Made by a program: the position numbers and the translations under genes | Notes under the pieces: generated by a model | What the model saw: only the letters and a program-made list of their open reading frames with translations | Database searches by the model: none | Told to the model about the DNA's origin: nothing | Shown: positions 14,249 to 28,269 of the stretch, piece after piece | How the letters are laid out: every line of letters starts with the position of its first letter | Position numbering within the stretch: the stretch's first letter is position 1 | Origin: Eledone cirrhosa | Taxonomy: Eukaryota | Direction of reading: 5' to 3' | Assembly (NCBI GenBank): GCA_964016885.1 | Contig: OZ024743.1 | Location: 28,520,001 to 28,584,000, forward strand | DNA: 64,000 nt

Positions 14249-14375
14249 AAAGTCCGTCAGGAAATTGACAACTAGCTCAATTATTCAATTACTGTCCATT
14301 GAAATATGGCATATAAAAACAATGTGTTTATACATATATTGTTTGCAAAAATATACACATATACTATGCAGTAGA

Positions 14376-14650
14376 GTGGAGGCACGTGGCCTAGTGGTAA
14401 AGGTGTTGGACTTACAATCATAATGTCATGGGTTCGATTCCTGTGTTGCGTGTTGTGTTCTTGAGCAAAACATTTCATTTCACGTTGCTCCAGTATACTT
14501 AGTTGAAAATGAGTACCAGCAATAGCTGGGAGATTAACCTTGCGATGAACTGGCATCCTATCCAGGACTGCGACTTGTACACTCAGTCGCTTCACGCCAT
14601 GAAACCGGGAAAAGCACCAGCCAAATGAGCCTTCTAGCTTAAGACAGACT
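14376..14650 (+). mobile_element. tRNA-derived SINE (CORE-like), same head family as 5938
   Basis: TGGCCTAGTGG A-box, GGTTCGATTCC B-box, TTCTTGAGCAAAACATTTCATTTCACGTTGCT. Confidence 0.75.
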
Positions 14651-15202
14651 TTTTGACTATGCAGTAGAGTATTGTTGGACCTCCGTCTTTCCTGACAATG
14701 AGAGCTCATGTTGATTAAATCAATGGAATTGCCTACTCGTGATATTAACGTGGAAGTGGGTGATAGCCTCCACAGACACGTGTAATATTTACATAATTTC
14801 CAGGGAATGTCAGTGAGACAATGCTAGCCTTTTAAATAACAGGTACAACTAATTTTTGCAGCTGGGCTGGTTGGTTCATCATATAACTTTACGTTCATGA
14901 GCCGAACACCCTAAACACTAACCACGATATTTTCCGTATTTCAGTAGAGCATTGAAATAAAATTATCTGAAGCAACAGCATTTTCTCAAGAATTTGTTAT
15001 ATACGAAAATCGGTCATACTCATTTAATTCAGTCAATAGGATTTCATAAATAATATTACAATAAAAAGGGCACTCGGTCTCAAGTGAAATTTCGGCACAA
15101 AATATATAATTAATTAGTTATTTCACCAATATGTTGCATATAAATTCAAGGAGTTTCATCTGTCTATATATATATAATATTATGTAATGGTTTACACACC
15201 CC

Positions 15203-15239
<37 letters not shown>

Positions 15240-15441
15240 TACATACATAAATATATACATATATATGTGTATGTATGTATGTGTATATATATATACATAC
15301 ATATATATATATACATATGTATATAGGCATATACATTAGAGAGAGTCGGAGTCCAACGGCTGAGCTCTTTTTGTTTCAACAACTAATTCCAAACAGGGGA
15401 TAAATCTACCTGCAGTTTGAAACTGGTAAAATCCATATCAC

Positions 15442-16382
<941 letters not shown>

Positions 16383-16389
16383 TATATAT

Positions 16390-17514
16390 TACTAGCTTGA
16401 AACTAGTACAGCGTTCCTTTGTCAGTGTTGAACAAAAGAGCAACGGTGGTTGCTAGACACTACGGCTTAATACGGGATGTTTGTTTACAAGCACACCGAG
16501 CATTATAATAAATGTTCGGTGAATCCATACGTGCATATATATATGTCTGCATGTATGTATATATATATACATACTACTGTACGTCGGTATACATATATGT
16601 ATGTACGTGTACATACTTATATTTAAGTAACAGCCGTACTAAGAGTGGGAAATGAAATATCGTTTCATTTTTTCCGTTTATCGTTTTCGGTGCACCCGGC
16701 CGATTAACCCACTCGATATGCAAATTGGGCTACTCAGCCGTTAATATGCATAAGGTAAGTATATACGTTCAACAATCTGGCAGGAAGGTATACGTTGCTG
16801 ACGATAGCTAACAAGCTTGAAACTAGTACAGCGTTCCTTTGTCAGTGTTGAACAAACGAGCAACGGTGGTTGCTAGACACTACGGCTTAATACGGAATGT
16901 TTGTTTACAAGCACACCGAGCATTATAATAAATGTTCGGTGAATCCATACGTGCATATATATATATGTGTGCATGTATCTATATATATATACATACTACT
17001 GTACGTCGGTATACATATATGTATGTACGTGTACATACTTATATTTAAGTAACAGCCGTACTAAGAGTGGGAAATGAAATATCGTTTCATTTTTTCCGTA
17101 TATCGTTTTCGGTGCACCCGGCCGATTAACCCACTCGATATGCAAATTGGGCTACTCAGCCGTTAATATGCATAAGGTAAGTATATACGTTCAACAATCT
17201 GGCAGGAAGGTATACGTTGCTGACGATAGCTAACAAGCTTGAAACTAGTACAGTGTTCCTTTGTCAGTGTTGAACAAACGAGCAACGGTGGTTGCTAGAC
17301 ACTACGGCTTAATACGGGATGTTTGTTTACAAGCACACCGAGCATTATAATAAATGTTCGGTCAATCCATATGTGCATATATATATGTGTGCATGTATGT
17401 ATATATATATACATACTACTGTACGTCGGTATACATATATGTATGTACGTGTACATACTTATATTTAAGTAACAGCCGTACTAAGAGTGGGAAATGAAAT
17501 ATCGTTTCATTTTT

Positions 17515-17520
<6 letters not shown>
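16390..17520 (+). mobile_element. Retrozyme-like tandem array: about 2.7 units of 420-422 bp, each with a minimal HHR
   Basis: GAAACTAGTA at 16399, 16819 and 17241; complete HHRs at 16792-16834 and 17214-17256; no ORF; bounded by TA repeats. Confidence 0.9.
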
Positions 17521-17569
<49 letters not shown>

Positions 17570-17571
<2 letters not shown>

Positions 17572-17752
17572 GTAGGTCCCGGGTTGAGTCGGGGATAACC
17601 ACAGTAAGTAAGGTACTCAATACATGGCAGAGTAACATTTTTTTATTTTATAGAAGGAGCTTCTACAGGACTAGTACTGTTTCATTCAGATGAAATCCTG
17701 AAGAAAACAGTACTAGTCCTGTAGAAGCTCCTTCTATAAAATAAAAAAATAT
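17570..17752. repeat. PLE-terminus-like fragment with fold-back inversion; relatives at about 30358-30480 and 34695-34765
   Basis: TTTTATAGAAGGAGCTTCTACAGGACTAGTACTGTTT...AAACAGTACTAGTCCTGTAGAAGCTCCTTCTATAAAA. Confidence 0.7.
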
Positions 17753-17764
17753 ATATTATTTTGT

Positions 17765-18355
17765 TTGACCCGTTTAGCTTGTTTGTTCATCGATACAACC
17801 CCTAGAGGTGAATTAGCTTACAAATTTAGAAGGGCCCTAGATAAACATAAACTCAATATTAAGACAGTAGAAAGACCAGGTACCTCTGTAAAAACACTTA
17901 TTAGCAAGGCATACCCTTTTCAAAGTATAGATAAGAAATGTATTACCTGTAAAATAAGCCCCCATATTAACTGTAAAACTAGAAATGTAGGGTATAGCAT
18001 AAGATGTACTGAAGGACAATGTAGAGACAAAAATATAGTGTACCTAGGTGAGACAGCTCGTAGTGTAGGGGAACGGATAAATGAACACTGGCGAGACCTT
18101 CAAGATAGTAAAGAATCATCTGTACTCTACCAACATGCTAAAATAGAACATAAGGGTAAATTAGAGAACATAGAAATAAAAATAGAATCTACACACAGAA
18201 AAGACGCAATGTTTAGACAAATCACAGAAGCAATAAACATAAAAGAATTACAACCAAAATTAAATAGAAAATATGAGTGGAACAGCAACATACAACTTAC
18301 AATTAAGGACAAAATGAAAACACACACGCACATAGAACAAACAACCAACCGGTAA
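17765..18355 (+). CDS. PLE C-terminal fragment: CxxC and GIY-YIG endonuclease (second PLE family, 5'-truncated)
   Basis: CITC...CKTRNVGYSIRC...C...VYLGETARSVGERINEH...RQITEAINI...LNRKYEW; no ATG start. Confidence 0.85.
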   Translation: MTRLACLFIDTTPRGELAYKFRRALDKHKLNIKTVERPGTSVKTLISKAYPFQSIDKKCITCKISPHINCKTRNVGYSIRCTEGQCRDKNIVYLGETARSVGERINEHWRDLQDSKESSVLYQHAKIEHKGKLENIEIKIESTHRKDAMFRQITEAINIKELQPKLNRKYEWNSNIQLTIKDKMKTHTHIEQTTNR

Positions 18356-18766
18356 CATGTAAATAAACAAATAAATAAACGAATATAAACACACACAGAC
18401 ACCCGGATGTGGCGCATGCGCAGACTGAGCACACAACACACACACAGAAACAAAATGGCGTAGGACAGAACAAAGGATAGGCATAAAAACAAAACAAAAA
18501 AAGAAAAGAATCCCATTCACTGAAGAGGTCACAGAATGTGTGATGAAAGAATTTTGACAATATATAAACAACTATCTGGTTGTGGAACCAACCAACCAAT
18601 CAGAAATTTAGAAATTCCTAAATTTATAAATTTATTATAATAAATTGAAATGAAAGCAACAGGTGCGTGTGCTTCTTATTGGCAACATGACCCTCCCAAA
18701 GTATAACAATATCGGTTTCAACACACGTTTTCAGATAAAGAATCTTGCTAAACAAATTCAGAAACG

Positions 18767-18770
<4 letters not shown>
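18356..18770 (+). mobile_element. 3' UTR/pLTR of the second PLE family with HHR, ending in (TA)n
   Basis: CTGAAGA-GGTCACAGAATGTGTGAT-GAAA at about 18520-18548; homologous to 29950-30300 and 48820-49200. Confidence 0.8.
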
Positions 18771-18858
<88 letters not shown>

Positions 18859-18859
18859 T

Positions 18860-21040
18860 TATATACAAGGGCGCACAAGAAAGGGGGACAATCAATACAA
18901 AGACACATGCCGGGGATTTTACATACTGTCGTGTAAAAATAAAAATAAAAATAAAAATAAAAATAAAAATAAAAATAAAAATAAAAATAAAAATAAAAAT
19001 AAAAATAAAAATAAAAATAAAAATAAAAATAAAAATAAAAATAAAAATAAAAATAAAAATAAAAATAAAAATAAAAATAAAAAAATATAAAACAAACAAT
19101 TATAACAATCGAAATCCCCAATAGGGACGAGACGTCACAAATGGGTTGTTTAACGTCACAAATGGGTTGATAGAACAACCCTCAACTTCAGGGGCGTGTT
19201 GTGCAAGTGCTCCCTTCTTCCTTTTACTCTCTTCTTTAACCTACAGGCTTATAAACAAAGAAGGCTCAATCACTCGGGCCATTTTCGCTTCATTCATCCA
19301 CCTTTCAGTAAATTTACTGGGATGCAGTGCCTTTCTCTCCACTCTGATTCTTCTTCTAAAGTGATACTTAAAGAAGGGAATCAATTGTTGTTCGGAGAGA
19401 GAGAAAGGCATCTGTCCTAGGTCCTCTCAATCTCGTCCACCATATAACCTCTTTCACCATAGCCACTGTACAGAGGAAAACCGCCTCTCTTTCGTTTTTG
19501 AAAGAGGCTAGCGGTTTGATCCTTACTATGGACTCGGCAGTCAATTGGATTTGTCCCATACGCGACAGCAGTTGTTCTGCATAGTTCCACAGGTCGCTTA
19601 CGCCCGGGCAGTGTACAATTGCGTGCAAGACGATTTCAATGTCCTGCTCGCATCTTGGACACGTCCTTTTGGAAGGATCCCTGCCGGGGCGTCCGTGCCT
19701 GTAGATCTTATCTCGAACGGGTAGAGCTCCTCGGTAGCACTGCCAGGCCAGGGACCTCTGGAAGTTGTCCATAGGTCCTGGGCGGAAAGTCCTACCGAAC
19801 AGACTGGTGAGCTCGTCGTCTTCGACGCCTAGATTCTCCCAAGCACGTCGTCGCACTTGCAAAGTACTAACCCTCTATAGAATGTCGAAGTGGAGTCTCC
19901 ACTGATTGCTGTGCCCGGCGCCCATCTTCTTCGGTCTTCGCTTGACCCAGGACTGCAGCTCCATCAGCGAGACAAGCTGGTCGGTGAGGAATACCTGGAG
20001 ATGCCGTAGCCTCAGCGCATATTTACGCATCATTAGCCACGGCATGCTCAGCCCTCCGTTGGAAGGGTCTTGACAGCAGACGGATCTCCTCACCAGTGGA
20101 GCCTGCTTCTTCCACAGGAACTGGAAGCGCATGCGTTCCATCTTGCTGAGATATCCACGGGGTCAAGGCACGACAGTCAAGCGGTGGTAGATGACGGACG
20201 CTATGAAAGTGTTCGCCACTTCCGTTCGACCTTTCAAAGACAGTTTGCACTCTGCCCACTTCTGGGTGAGCGCAAATACCTTGGCCATGACCTCGTTCCA
20301 GTTTTTCTCCACCTGGAGGTTTGGACCGAACCAGAGCTCGAGCAATTTCACCGGTCCTTCCGTCCAGCGTCCAACCACGCTGTCGGAGGCATCGGTTTGC
20401 CTCACCACGTTCCGAGTTGCAAACCGACAGACTTGTCCGGGTTCAGTTTTCTCCTGTGAACCTTTCGTATTCCAGTAGTAGGTTGCCGATTACCTCGATT
20501 TCCGAGGTTTTCAACACCATTACCGTCACGTCGTCGGCATAAGCCGGCGCCGCTTTTCGCAGTCCCGGTTCTAAAGGGATGCCTTGCAAAAGTTCCAACT
20601 TTCGCAGTAGTGGCTCTAGAGTCAATACGTACAGAATGGAGGAGAGGGGGCATCCCTGCCGAATGGAACGCGTGATTGCGAACGGCTCCGATAGGTAGCC
20701 GTTCACCTTGACCTTCGAGCAGATGCTGGTGTGCATCGCCTTGATCCAGCCTCTGAAAACGGGACCGAAATCGTCCGCCTTGAGAACCGCTTCCAAGTAT
20801 CGATTGTCGACCCTATCGAATGCATTAGACTGATCTAAATTGATCAGAGCCCCACCGAAGCCGGGTTTATACCCTACCCTCTCTATGATGTATCGCATGA
20901 GGTGGAGGTTGTCGTGTATGGACCTGGTCGGGATTGCACACGTTTGCGCTTTCGCTACAAGCGCCAGCCTCGTTGATAGCAAAATCTTTAACTCTGTGTT
21001 GAGCAGAGTTATGGGCCTCAAATTGTTTATTTCGTCATTT
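18860..21040 (-). mobile_element. 5'-truncated, frameshifted Tx1/L1-clade non-LTR retrotransposon (RT plus C-terminal zinc finger)
   Basis: LRPITLLNTELKIL, LDQSNAFDRV, IRQGCPLS, AYADDVT, LSLKGR, GGLSMP, CPRC...HAIVHC, spread across ORFs 20443-21216, 20163-20408, 19875-20141 and 19368-19862. Confidence 0.9.
18934..19085. repeat. (TAAAAA)n hexamer microsatellite within the Tx1 3' UTR
   Basis: About 24 perfect units. Confidence 0.95.
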
Positions 21041-21222
21041 AGATAGATAGATATATATATATATAGATAGATAGATAGATACATACATACATACACATGC
21101 ACACACCACACACATGCATACATGCACATACATGCATCACATACATACACAAACATACATACATATATACATACATACATACATACATACATACATACAA
21201 ACATACATACATACATACATAC

Positions 21223-21830
21223 ATGGTGGCTGCCAACTCGTTTTCGAGTACGGCCACTACTTTATATCCATGTAGGAGAACCCCGACCGATGCGCTGAAC
21301 GAGTGTGACTTTTTAGTCCAGACAGTGACTTGAAAACTCTGGTACAAACACTACACTTGTGACATTTATTGACACAGTGCTGGGCCCATGGTACCATGTG
21401 ACGACAAGGACAGTGAGATCTCCAGATATAAAGCAATGCCTGTGCCGGGAAGATTTTATAGTGAGCAAAGGCTCTGCACAAAGCCAGTCCCACTCTCTTA
21501 ACCAAGATGATATTTACCAAAAAGAAGAACAAGTCAACATCATTGAATACCATCAGGGTTGCAGGTGTTATATCAGAGTTTTCCTTCTCCTAGAATTCTG
21601 CCTTGACAAAGGCTAAGGGGTCATCTCTCCCAGTGATTTTGGATGGCCATTGACTCTTAAGAGCTCATTTGCCCTTTGACAGGTTTTGTTTTTAGTCTTG
21701 CAGGATGTCCAAAGTCACCCTCCTCACCAAGAAACCTTGGTGGGGTTGCCAGTTTAGTCGCCAACGACCCGACCATGGGACAGATTGTGCTGGGATACAT
21801 GTTACCAGTAGCACCAACTGGTGACCTGAC
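21223..21830 (-). mobile_element. Internally deleted RTE-like derivative (5' UTR-like part plus C2H2 end and 3' tail), between (CATA)n tracts
   Basis: CSVCTRVFKSLSGLKSHTRSAH C2H2 motif, then ...CTCGAAAACGAGTTGGCAGCCACC-(ATGT)n tail; a related tail lies at about 31020-31140. Confidence 0.6.
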
Positions 21831-21915
21831 ATACATACATACATACATACATACATACATACATACATACATGCATACATACATACATACATACATACAT
21901 ACATACATACATACA

Positions 21916-22456
21916 TCTTCGGAAAACAAAATTAACAACAAACGAGGAAGAATATATTGAGACAGATGGCACTAAGGAATACTGGTGGAACCTGAAAATA
22001 AAAACTGCCACCAAATTAAAGCACAACCGGGCTGATATTGTTGTTTGGGACCACACATTGAAAACGTATTCTGTTGTGGAGATCAGCTGCCCACTTGATA
22101 TAAACGTTGTCAGAAAAATACAGGAGAATGAGGACATCTACTGATGAGGACATCTACTGATGAGGAGTTTACAAATCCAGTATCCAAGATACACCTTTAG
22201 CTTCATACCCATCATTATCGGAGCTACGGGTTATATACCAACCCGCTTGGACCAAAGTATGACTGAACTTGGATTTGCGGACAAAAAGCACAGCTCCCTA
22301 ATTCAAAGACTACAAATGGCTGCGATAGCTGGCACCTTCAACATTTGCAAAACATTCTTGAGAGTCAAGGGATGACAATTTCTTTTCTTTTACAACCTTG
22401 CCACCAGGAAGGTGGCCGGTCAAAAAAAGTATGCTCGAAATTAAGAGAAAGAGATA
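21916..22456 (+). mobile_element. 3' fragment of an RLE (R4/Dong-like) retrotransposon embedded in (CATA)n
   Basis: EYWWNLKIKTATKLKHNRADIVVWD...VVEISCPLD, FIPIIIGATG; 16-bp tandem duplication at about 22130-22161. Confidence 0.75.
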
Positions 22457-22744
22457 ACATACATACATACACACATACATACATACATACATTCATTCAT
22501 ACATACATACATACATACATACATACATACATACATACATACATTCATTCATACATACATACATACATTCATTCATACATACATACATACATAAATACAT
22601 ACATACATACATACATACATACATTCATTCATACATACATATAGCTTTATAGGTTTATGCGCTGAGGAGTGTTGATACAATCGACTATAAAAACAAAAGT
22701 ATACTATTATTACTTACGGTATTGATCCTGAAAACGTAGACCCT

Positions 22745-23284
22745 ACACATACCCACATATACATACACGCACACATACCCACATATACATACACGCACAC
22801 ATACCCACATATACATACACGCACACACACTCACATATACATACACGCACACATACCCACATATACATACACGCACACATACCCACATATACATACACGC
22901 ACACATACTCACATATTCAAACACGCACACATACCCACATATACATACACGCACACACACTCAGATATACATACACGCACACATACCCACATATAGATAC
23001 ACGCACACATACTCACATATACATACACGCACACATACCCACATATACATACACGCACACACACTTACATATACATACACGCACACATACCCACATATAC
23101 ATACACGCACACATACCCACATATACATACACGCACACATACCCACATATACATACACGCACACATATTCACATATACATACACGCACACATACCCACAT
23201 ATACATACACGCACACATACTCACATATTCATACACGCACACATACTCACATATTCATACACGCACACATACCCACATATACAT

Positions 23285-23290
<6 letters not shown>
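22745..23290. repeat. 26-bp minisatellite (CACACATACCCACATATACATACACG), about 20 copies
   Basis: Direct reading. Confidence 0.9.
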
Positions 23291-23318
<28 letters not shown>

Positions 23319-23395
23319 GTATGTGCGTGTGTGGTGCGTGTGCGTGTGTGTATCGCTTCCTCCCTTTACCTAAATTTATCTGCATATATATATAT

Positions 23396-23511
<116 letters not shown>

Positions 23512-24248
23512 TAGAGAGAGAGAATAGATAGACAGATACATAGTCAGACAGATAGATAGATGTATACAAGAAGAAAGTCAGAAGGAGAGAAACAAGAAAC
23601 AAGGAATGTACGAGAGAAGATGTTACACACATTTACATAGACATATAAAGAAATTGCTGTATCAGTCTAATAAGATAAGTGGTATTTATATACACTTATT
23701 TACCCAATCGACTATATCCTCCACTCCTCCATATATTAATTTTCTGTTTGTTCAAAGAAAAATCATTGGTGGAATTGTTATAGCGACGGAAAAAATCCAT
23801 TGCGTAGGTAAGGTAGTAAAGTTATATTCGGAGCTCAAGTCCTTCCACGGTTAGTTTGATTCTCGTTGTTGATTTAGTTGCTTTTTTTTTTTTTTCTTTT
23901 GAACTTTGAGGTACAGCCCCACCGTCATTCTGCAGACCTATTATAAAAGGACTTCCAGCTGAGCGCATCACTAGCTTTCATTATTTTCACCGAGGTTGAC
24001 TTTGCCTTTCATCCTTACGGGGTCAATAAAATAAAGTACCAGTAATGCACTGGGTAATTGCTGGCCTTGTGCCTAAAGTAGAAACAATTATTTTTTTTAT
24101 TTAGGCAGTGGTTAACTTAGGTGTGCGTTAATCCTCATATATCTAGGTCTAAGTTAATCTCAACATGTCGGAGCTTGATATGATTAAGATATGGAGGGTG
24201 ATTGAAGAAGATTAAGTGTCCACCTTGCCTAACACGGAGTAATATATA

Positions 24249-24355
<107 letters not shown>

Positions 24356-24624
24356 TGCTTATAACTATTATTTGTTACCCCGTATATATATATATATATA
24401 TATACGGGGTAACAAATAATAGTTATAAGCAGTCCACTTAGGTGTAGTCCAATTATGGTATTCTGGGTAGTGGATGATATTAACGCTTGGCTAAGTTTGA
24501 CTCAACAAGGCGTTTCCATAGTGATGCTGCGAGTACGCTGTAATTCCTATGTTGTAAACACTTGAAGTAATAATAAATCAGGAAAGAAGAGTGACACGGT
24601 TTGCTATACAAAAAAGGTTTTTAA

Positions 24625-24745
24625 TCTCATTGCTGACAATTGTTTCTCTGAACTGGTAGGTCTAGAGATCGCTATCCGCTTGTTTTCGCGTTACTCGATC
24701 GCCAATACAAAATTATAACCAGTCAGTTCATCGGAGCTTGCGAGA
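24625..24745 (-). ncRNA. HHR with 81-nt stem II insert (core variant CCGAUGA)
   Basis: GCU-CCGAUGA-ACUGACUGGU...ACCAGUUCAGA-GAAA-CAAUUG-UC-AGC. Confidence 0.65.
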
Positions 24746-25558
24746 ATGAAGAGAATATAGAGGCATGAAAGGGATATACAGGCTACTATATGAAGTAGTA
24801 ATGGCATTCAGTTAGAACAATAACAACAATATCAACAATGCTAGCAATAAAATATTTGAGATAATCACATCATTTTAGGTGGGGAGTAAAGTATATCTAA
24901 GATTTTAGCGTGTAAAACTAGTTGACATGAAGCAGTGTATAAAATTGACCTGTAAAAACTGTCGTAGAGTGTATTATATCAAGTGTAAAGATAAGCTGGT
25001 GTTTATAAACAATGTAGGTCAGGTGGCCGTAATATTCAGTTGTTATCTGACCGATGAAGCATTTATCACTGTAGTAGAATGTGTGTGGTCTATATTAGAT
25101 GAGAGTTCAGACTGTCTTTTCCATCCTCAATAACATACATGTATAGGACAACACTGTCAAAGCTAAATAATGGGCAAGTTAATACAAAGGTTAAGGAGGT
25201 ATTATATATATATATACACATATATATATATACACACGCACGTGCACACAAACATATACATACATATCCATACACACTCATACAAATACATACATACAAA
25301 GAGAAAACATGCTGACTATAATTATGGCAAGAGGAAGGTAAAGTTCCATTGTAGTAGTATTTTGAAATGTTCTTGGATTTAGGATCATGTGATGACAGCA
25401 GCTGGGAAGAAATAAGTTTATGGGTTGATGAGGTACTTACAGACATTTGTGTGGTATAGAATTAAGAAGGCTAGAATGTACTTAATGAGTATATTTCTGT
25501 GGTGATTCATGCAGAGTAGTGGGTATTTTAGTTGAAAGCTAAGTTATGCCGGTTCGAT

Positions 25559-27529
25559 TCATGGAGGTTTGAATCTTATGAATTTAGTGGCAATTCTATG
25601 TCTGCAGAAGATAGATCTTTCTAATTTGTTGTTAAGTAGCCTTTTTACATTTTTAAGGATATACAGTAGTTCTAGATCACATAGCCCACAGTGGGACATA
25701 CCTGTACTATAGGTTTTAGCAGCCGACAACTTCGACCAGTTGATACTGTAGCTAGTGTTGTTGTCCTTCAGTTCCCATATTTTTTTGGCGAGGGTTGTAG
25801 AACCCATAAGTGCACGATTTTTCATCGAGTGCCTGTGCACATACCATCTTTTTTTAAAAGAACCCGCGGTGGATCCAATGTAATGCCAGGTGGAATTGTC
25901 TGAGTTGACCGTGCACATGTACACTAGGCTCGAATCGAGACATCTATTCGCCAATGGGCACCTATCCAGTAGGTGACAGTTACAGTTTGAGGTGTTATTT
26001 CGTGCAGCTTCTACACTCCTGTTTAGTACTCTGTTATAAGTGGGTTGTGATTCATGCCCGTTGGGGTTTTGCTGCTGCGCGTTTGTATGCGCTTGCGGTT
26101 GTGATACTGTGATGTGTTTATGCTTATAATTTGGTGCTATGTTGTACATAGGTGCGGCTGATTCCCTAGAGATATTTCTGTGATTGATCTTGCGTACGTG
26201 CGATTCTATATTTGCTGCCGTCGAGTATGAGAGTTTTATACTAATTCTATTGAGTATTTTATGATATCTATGTGAAATAGGGAAGTGTTTATCTATTAGT
26301 TTAAAGAATGTAGAACGCAGTCTGGTTTTTATAGAGGAGTTGAAGATTGGGTTGAACCATAGGTATTTTCTTTCTCTGATTCTTCTATTGTTTCTTGGGT
26401 TTACGTTATTAGTGTTTTGACCGTTTACTCTAGGTGCTACGTGCCTAACCCTATGTCTAGTCCAGTTACTTCTATTTTTGTGTGAGCGGTTGGTGTAGTA
26501 GTTACTAGGATTGTTTACGTTGTCTTTATTCGCTATATACTGCAGTTTATCTTTATGTCCGGCCCTACGTAACGCTGCGTTATAATAGTTAGCATGTTCG
26601 TTAAAGATTTCTAGGTTTGAGGATAAGCGGGATATTCGAAGGGATATACTACTGCTATGGATCTGATTATGGATATGGGGTGGTTTGAGTTATAACTAAT
26701 GTAGGCCAGATTTTCATTATTTTTGTGGAAAGGTTCCATTAATCCCGTATTTAGATTTAGAGTCACATCTAGAAAGTTTACCTTCTTATGGTTCAGTTCG
26801 TAGGTAATACTTAGGCCTAGTTTTTTTAAGAATGTTCTAATGTTTTTTCTTAATCTTTCCATGCTCTGGTTGTTTAAGTTCTTAGCTATAAGTAGCGCGT
26901 CGTCTCTATAAATCCCTCCTTGGAGGTTACTGAATTCCTTATGTAGGTTGTGTGCTATGAATAGCCCCACAATGTCTGTGATTTGCGCAGAGTCACTTGA
27001 TCCCATTGTTATATCGAAGCTGTTTATCCTATCTCTTCTTACCCAGTAGCTATTTTCAAATTTTATGATAGTCCTTCTAGCCGCTATTATTATTTCAATT
27101 TCCTCATGGGTAAGATCGGAGTTATTTTGGGCAAATATAAGCGCTTTATCTAGGGTAGCTGGGGATATGGATGCATAGTAGTCTATATCAAATTGTATGA
27201 AGTTACACGTCTCCCTATTTTGTATTTTATTGAACCATTCAATCGCCTCGTTAGTATTACCCCATAAATTGATTTCTAGTTTACCCTTTATTTGTGCGAT
27301 TACCCTATCTAGAATGTTCTTGCTAATTTTGCCTATGTCTGACTTGGATGGGCATAGGGTTTGTTTCAAAATTATTTTCGTGATCTTTTAGGTTAAATGT
27401 TGGGTTGCACGGGGTTAGAGGCTCGGTTCTATCGGGAATTCCGAGTATATTTACTATCCTGAGGCCCTCCACGTTAATGCTGGTGAGTGTAGATTCGTTT
27501 GTTTTTTTTGTATTTTTTGTGTAGTTCAC
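25559..27529 (-). pseudogene. PLE RT-GIY-YIG polyprotein with frameshifts near 27360 and 26650
   Basis: LKDHENNF, SKSDIGKISK, FIQFDI, SFDITMGSSDSAQITDIVG, GIYRDDAL, VNFLDVTLNL, SNHP; open frame from about 26643 to 25559 with WFNPIF, CNCHLLDRCPLANRCL, YIGST, ending in FKPP. Confidence 0.9.
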
Positions 27530-27699
27530 GCTGGATAAAATTATTGTATGTGTTAAGGTCCATAGAGTATACGTTTGATGTTTTGTCTGCTTTTACTATG
27601 ATACCGTTAGTGTCTTTTAGTTTTTTTAGTAGTGTGTTTATGTCTTTTTGCAATTTGTTGTGATATGTTTGTATGTGTATGTGTATATATATATATATT

Positions 27700-27789
<90 letters not shown>

Positions 27790-27791
<2 letters not shown>

Positions 27792-28056
27792 AAAGACGTA
27801 AAATAAGAAAATATTTTTTTAAAAAAATTAAAAAAAAATCTTTTTTTTACTTACTTAAATTTTCACTCCAAGAGTGAAAATTTAAGTAAGTAAAAAAATT
27901 TTTTTAATTTAAAAAAAAAAATATTTTCTTATTTTACGTCTTTTATATTATTGTTCTGCATTCTCCTGCATTGAACCACCTAGGTACTATGACATAACCT
28001 GTGTATTTGCTAGCATGGGCGTGCATCTGTGCGCTTATGTTAGTTGATATATTAAA
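27790..28056. mobile_element. Fold-back copy of the 15558-16382 HHR element family
   Basis: AAAAGACGTAAAATAAG...TTTCACTCC-AA-GAGTGAAAA...CTTATTTTACGTCTTTT, followed by homology to 16265-16370. Confidence 0.8.
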
Positions 28057-28063
28057 TTATCTA

Positions 28064-28118
<55 letters not shown>

Positions 28119-28269
28119 CTCTCTCTATATATATATACACACATCCATATATAATATATATATATATATAGATGTGTGTGCGTATGTTTGTACATGTGTG
28201 TATATACACATGTATATATATACACACACAAACGTCATGTGTGAAGCTTGAAATTTCCAAATTACTAAG

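Noticed and set aside
18934-19085. Telomeric repeat or poly(A) tail
   Set aside because: The unit is TAAAAA, not TTAGGG, and unique UTR sequence continues beyond it.
25559-26149. Selenoprotein (UGA-recoded) Naiad
   Set aside because: No in-frame UGA at the conserved Cys positions; the breaks in the ORF are frameshifts.
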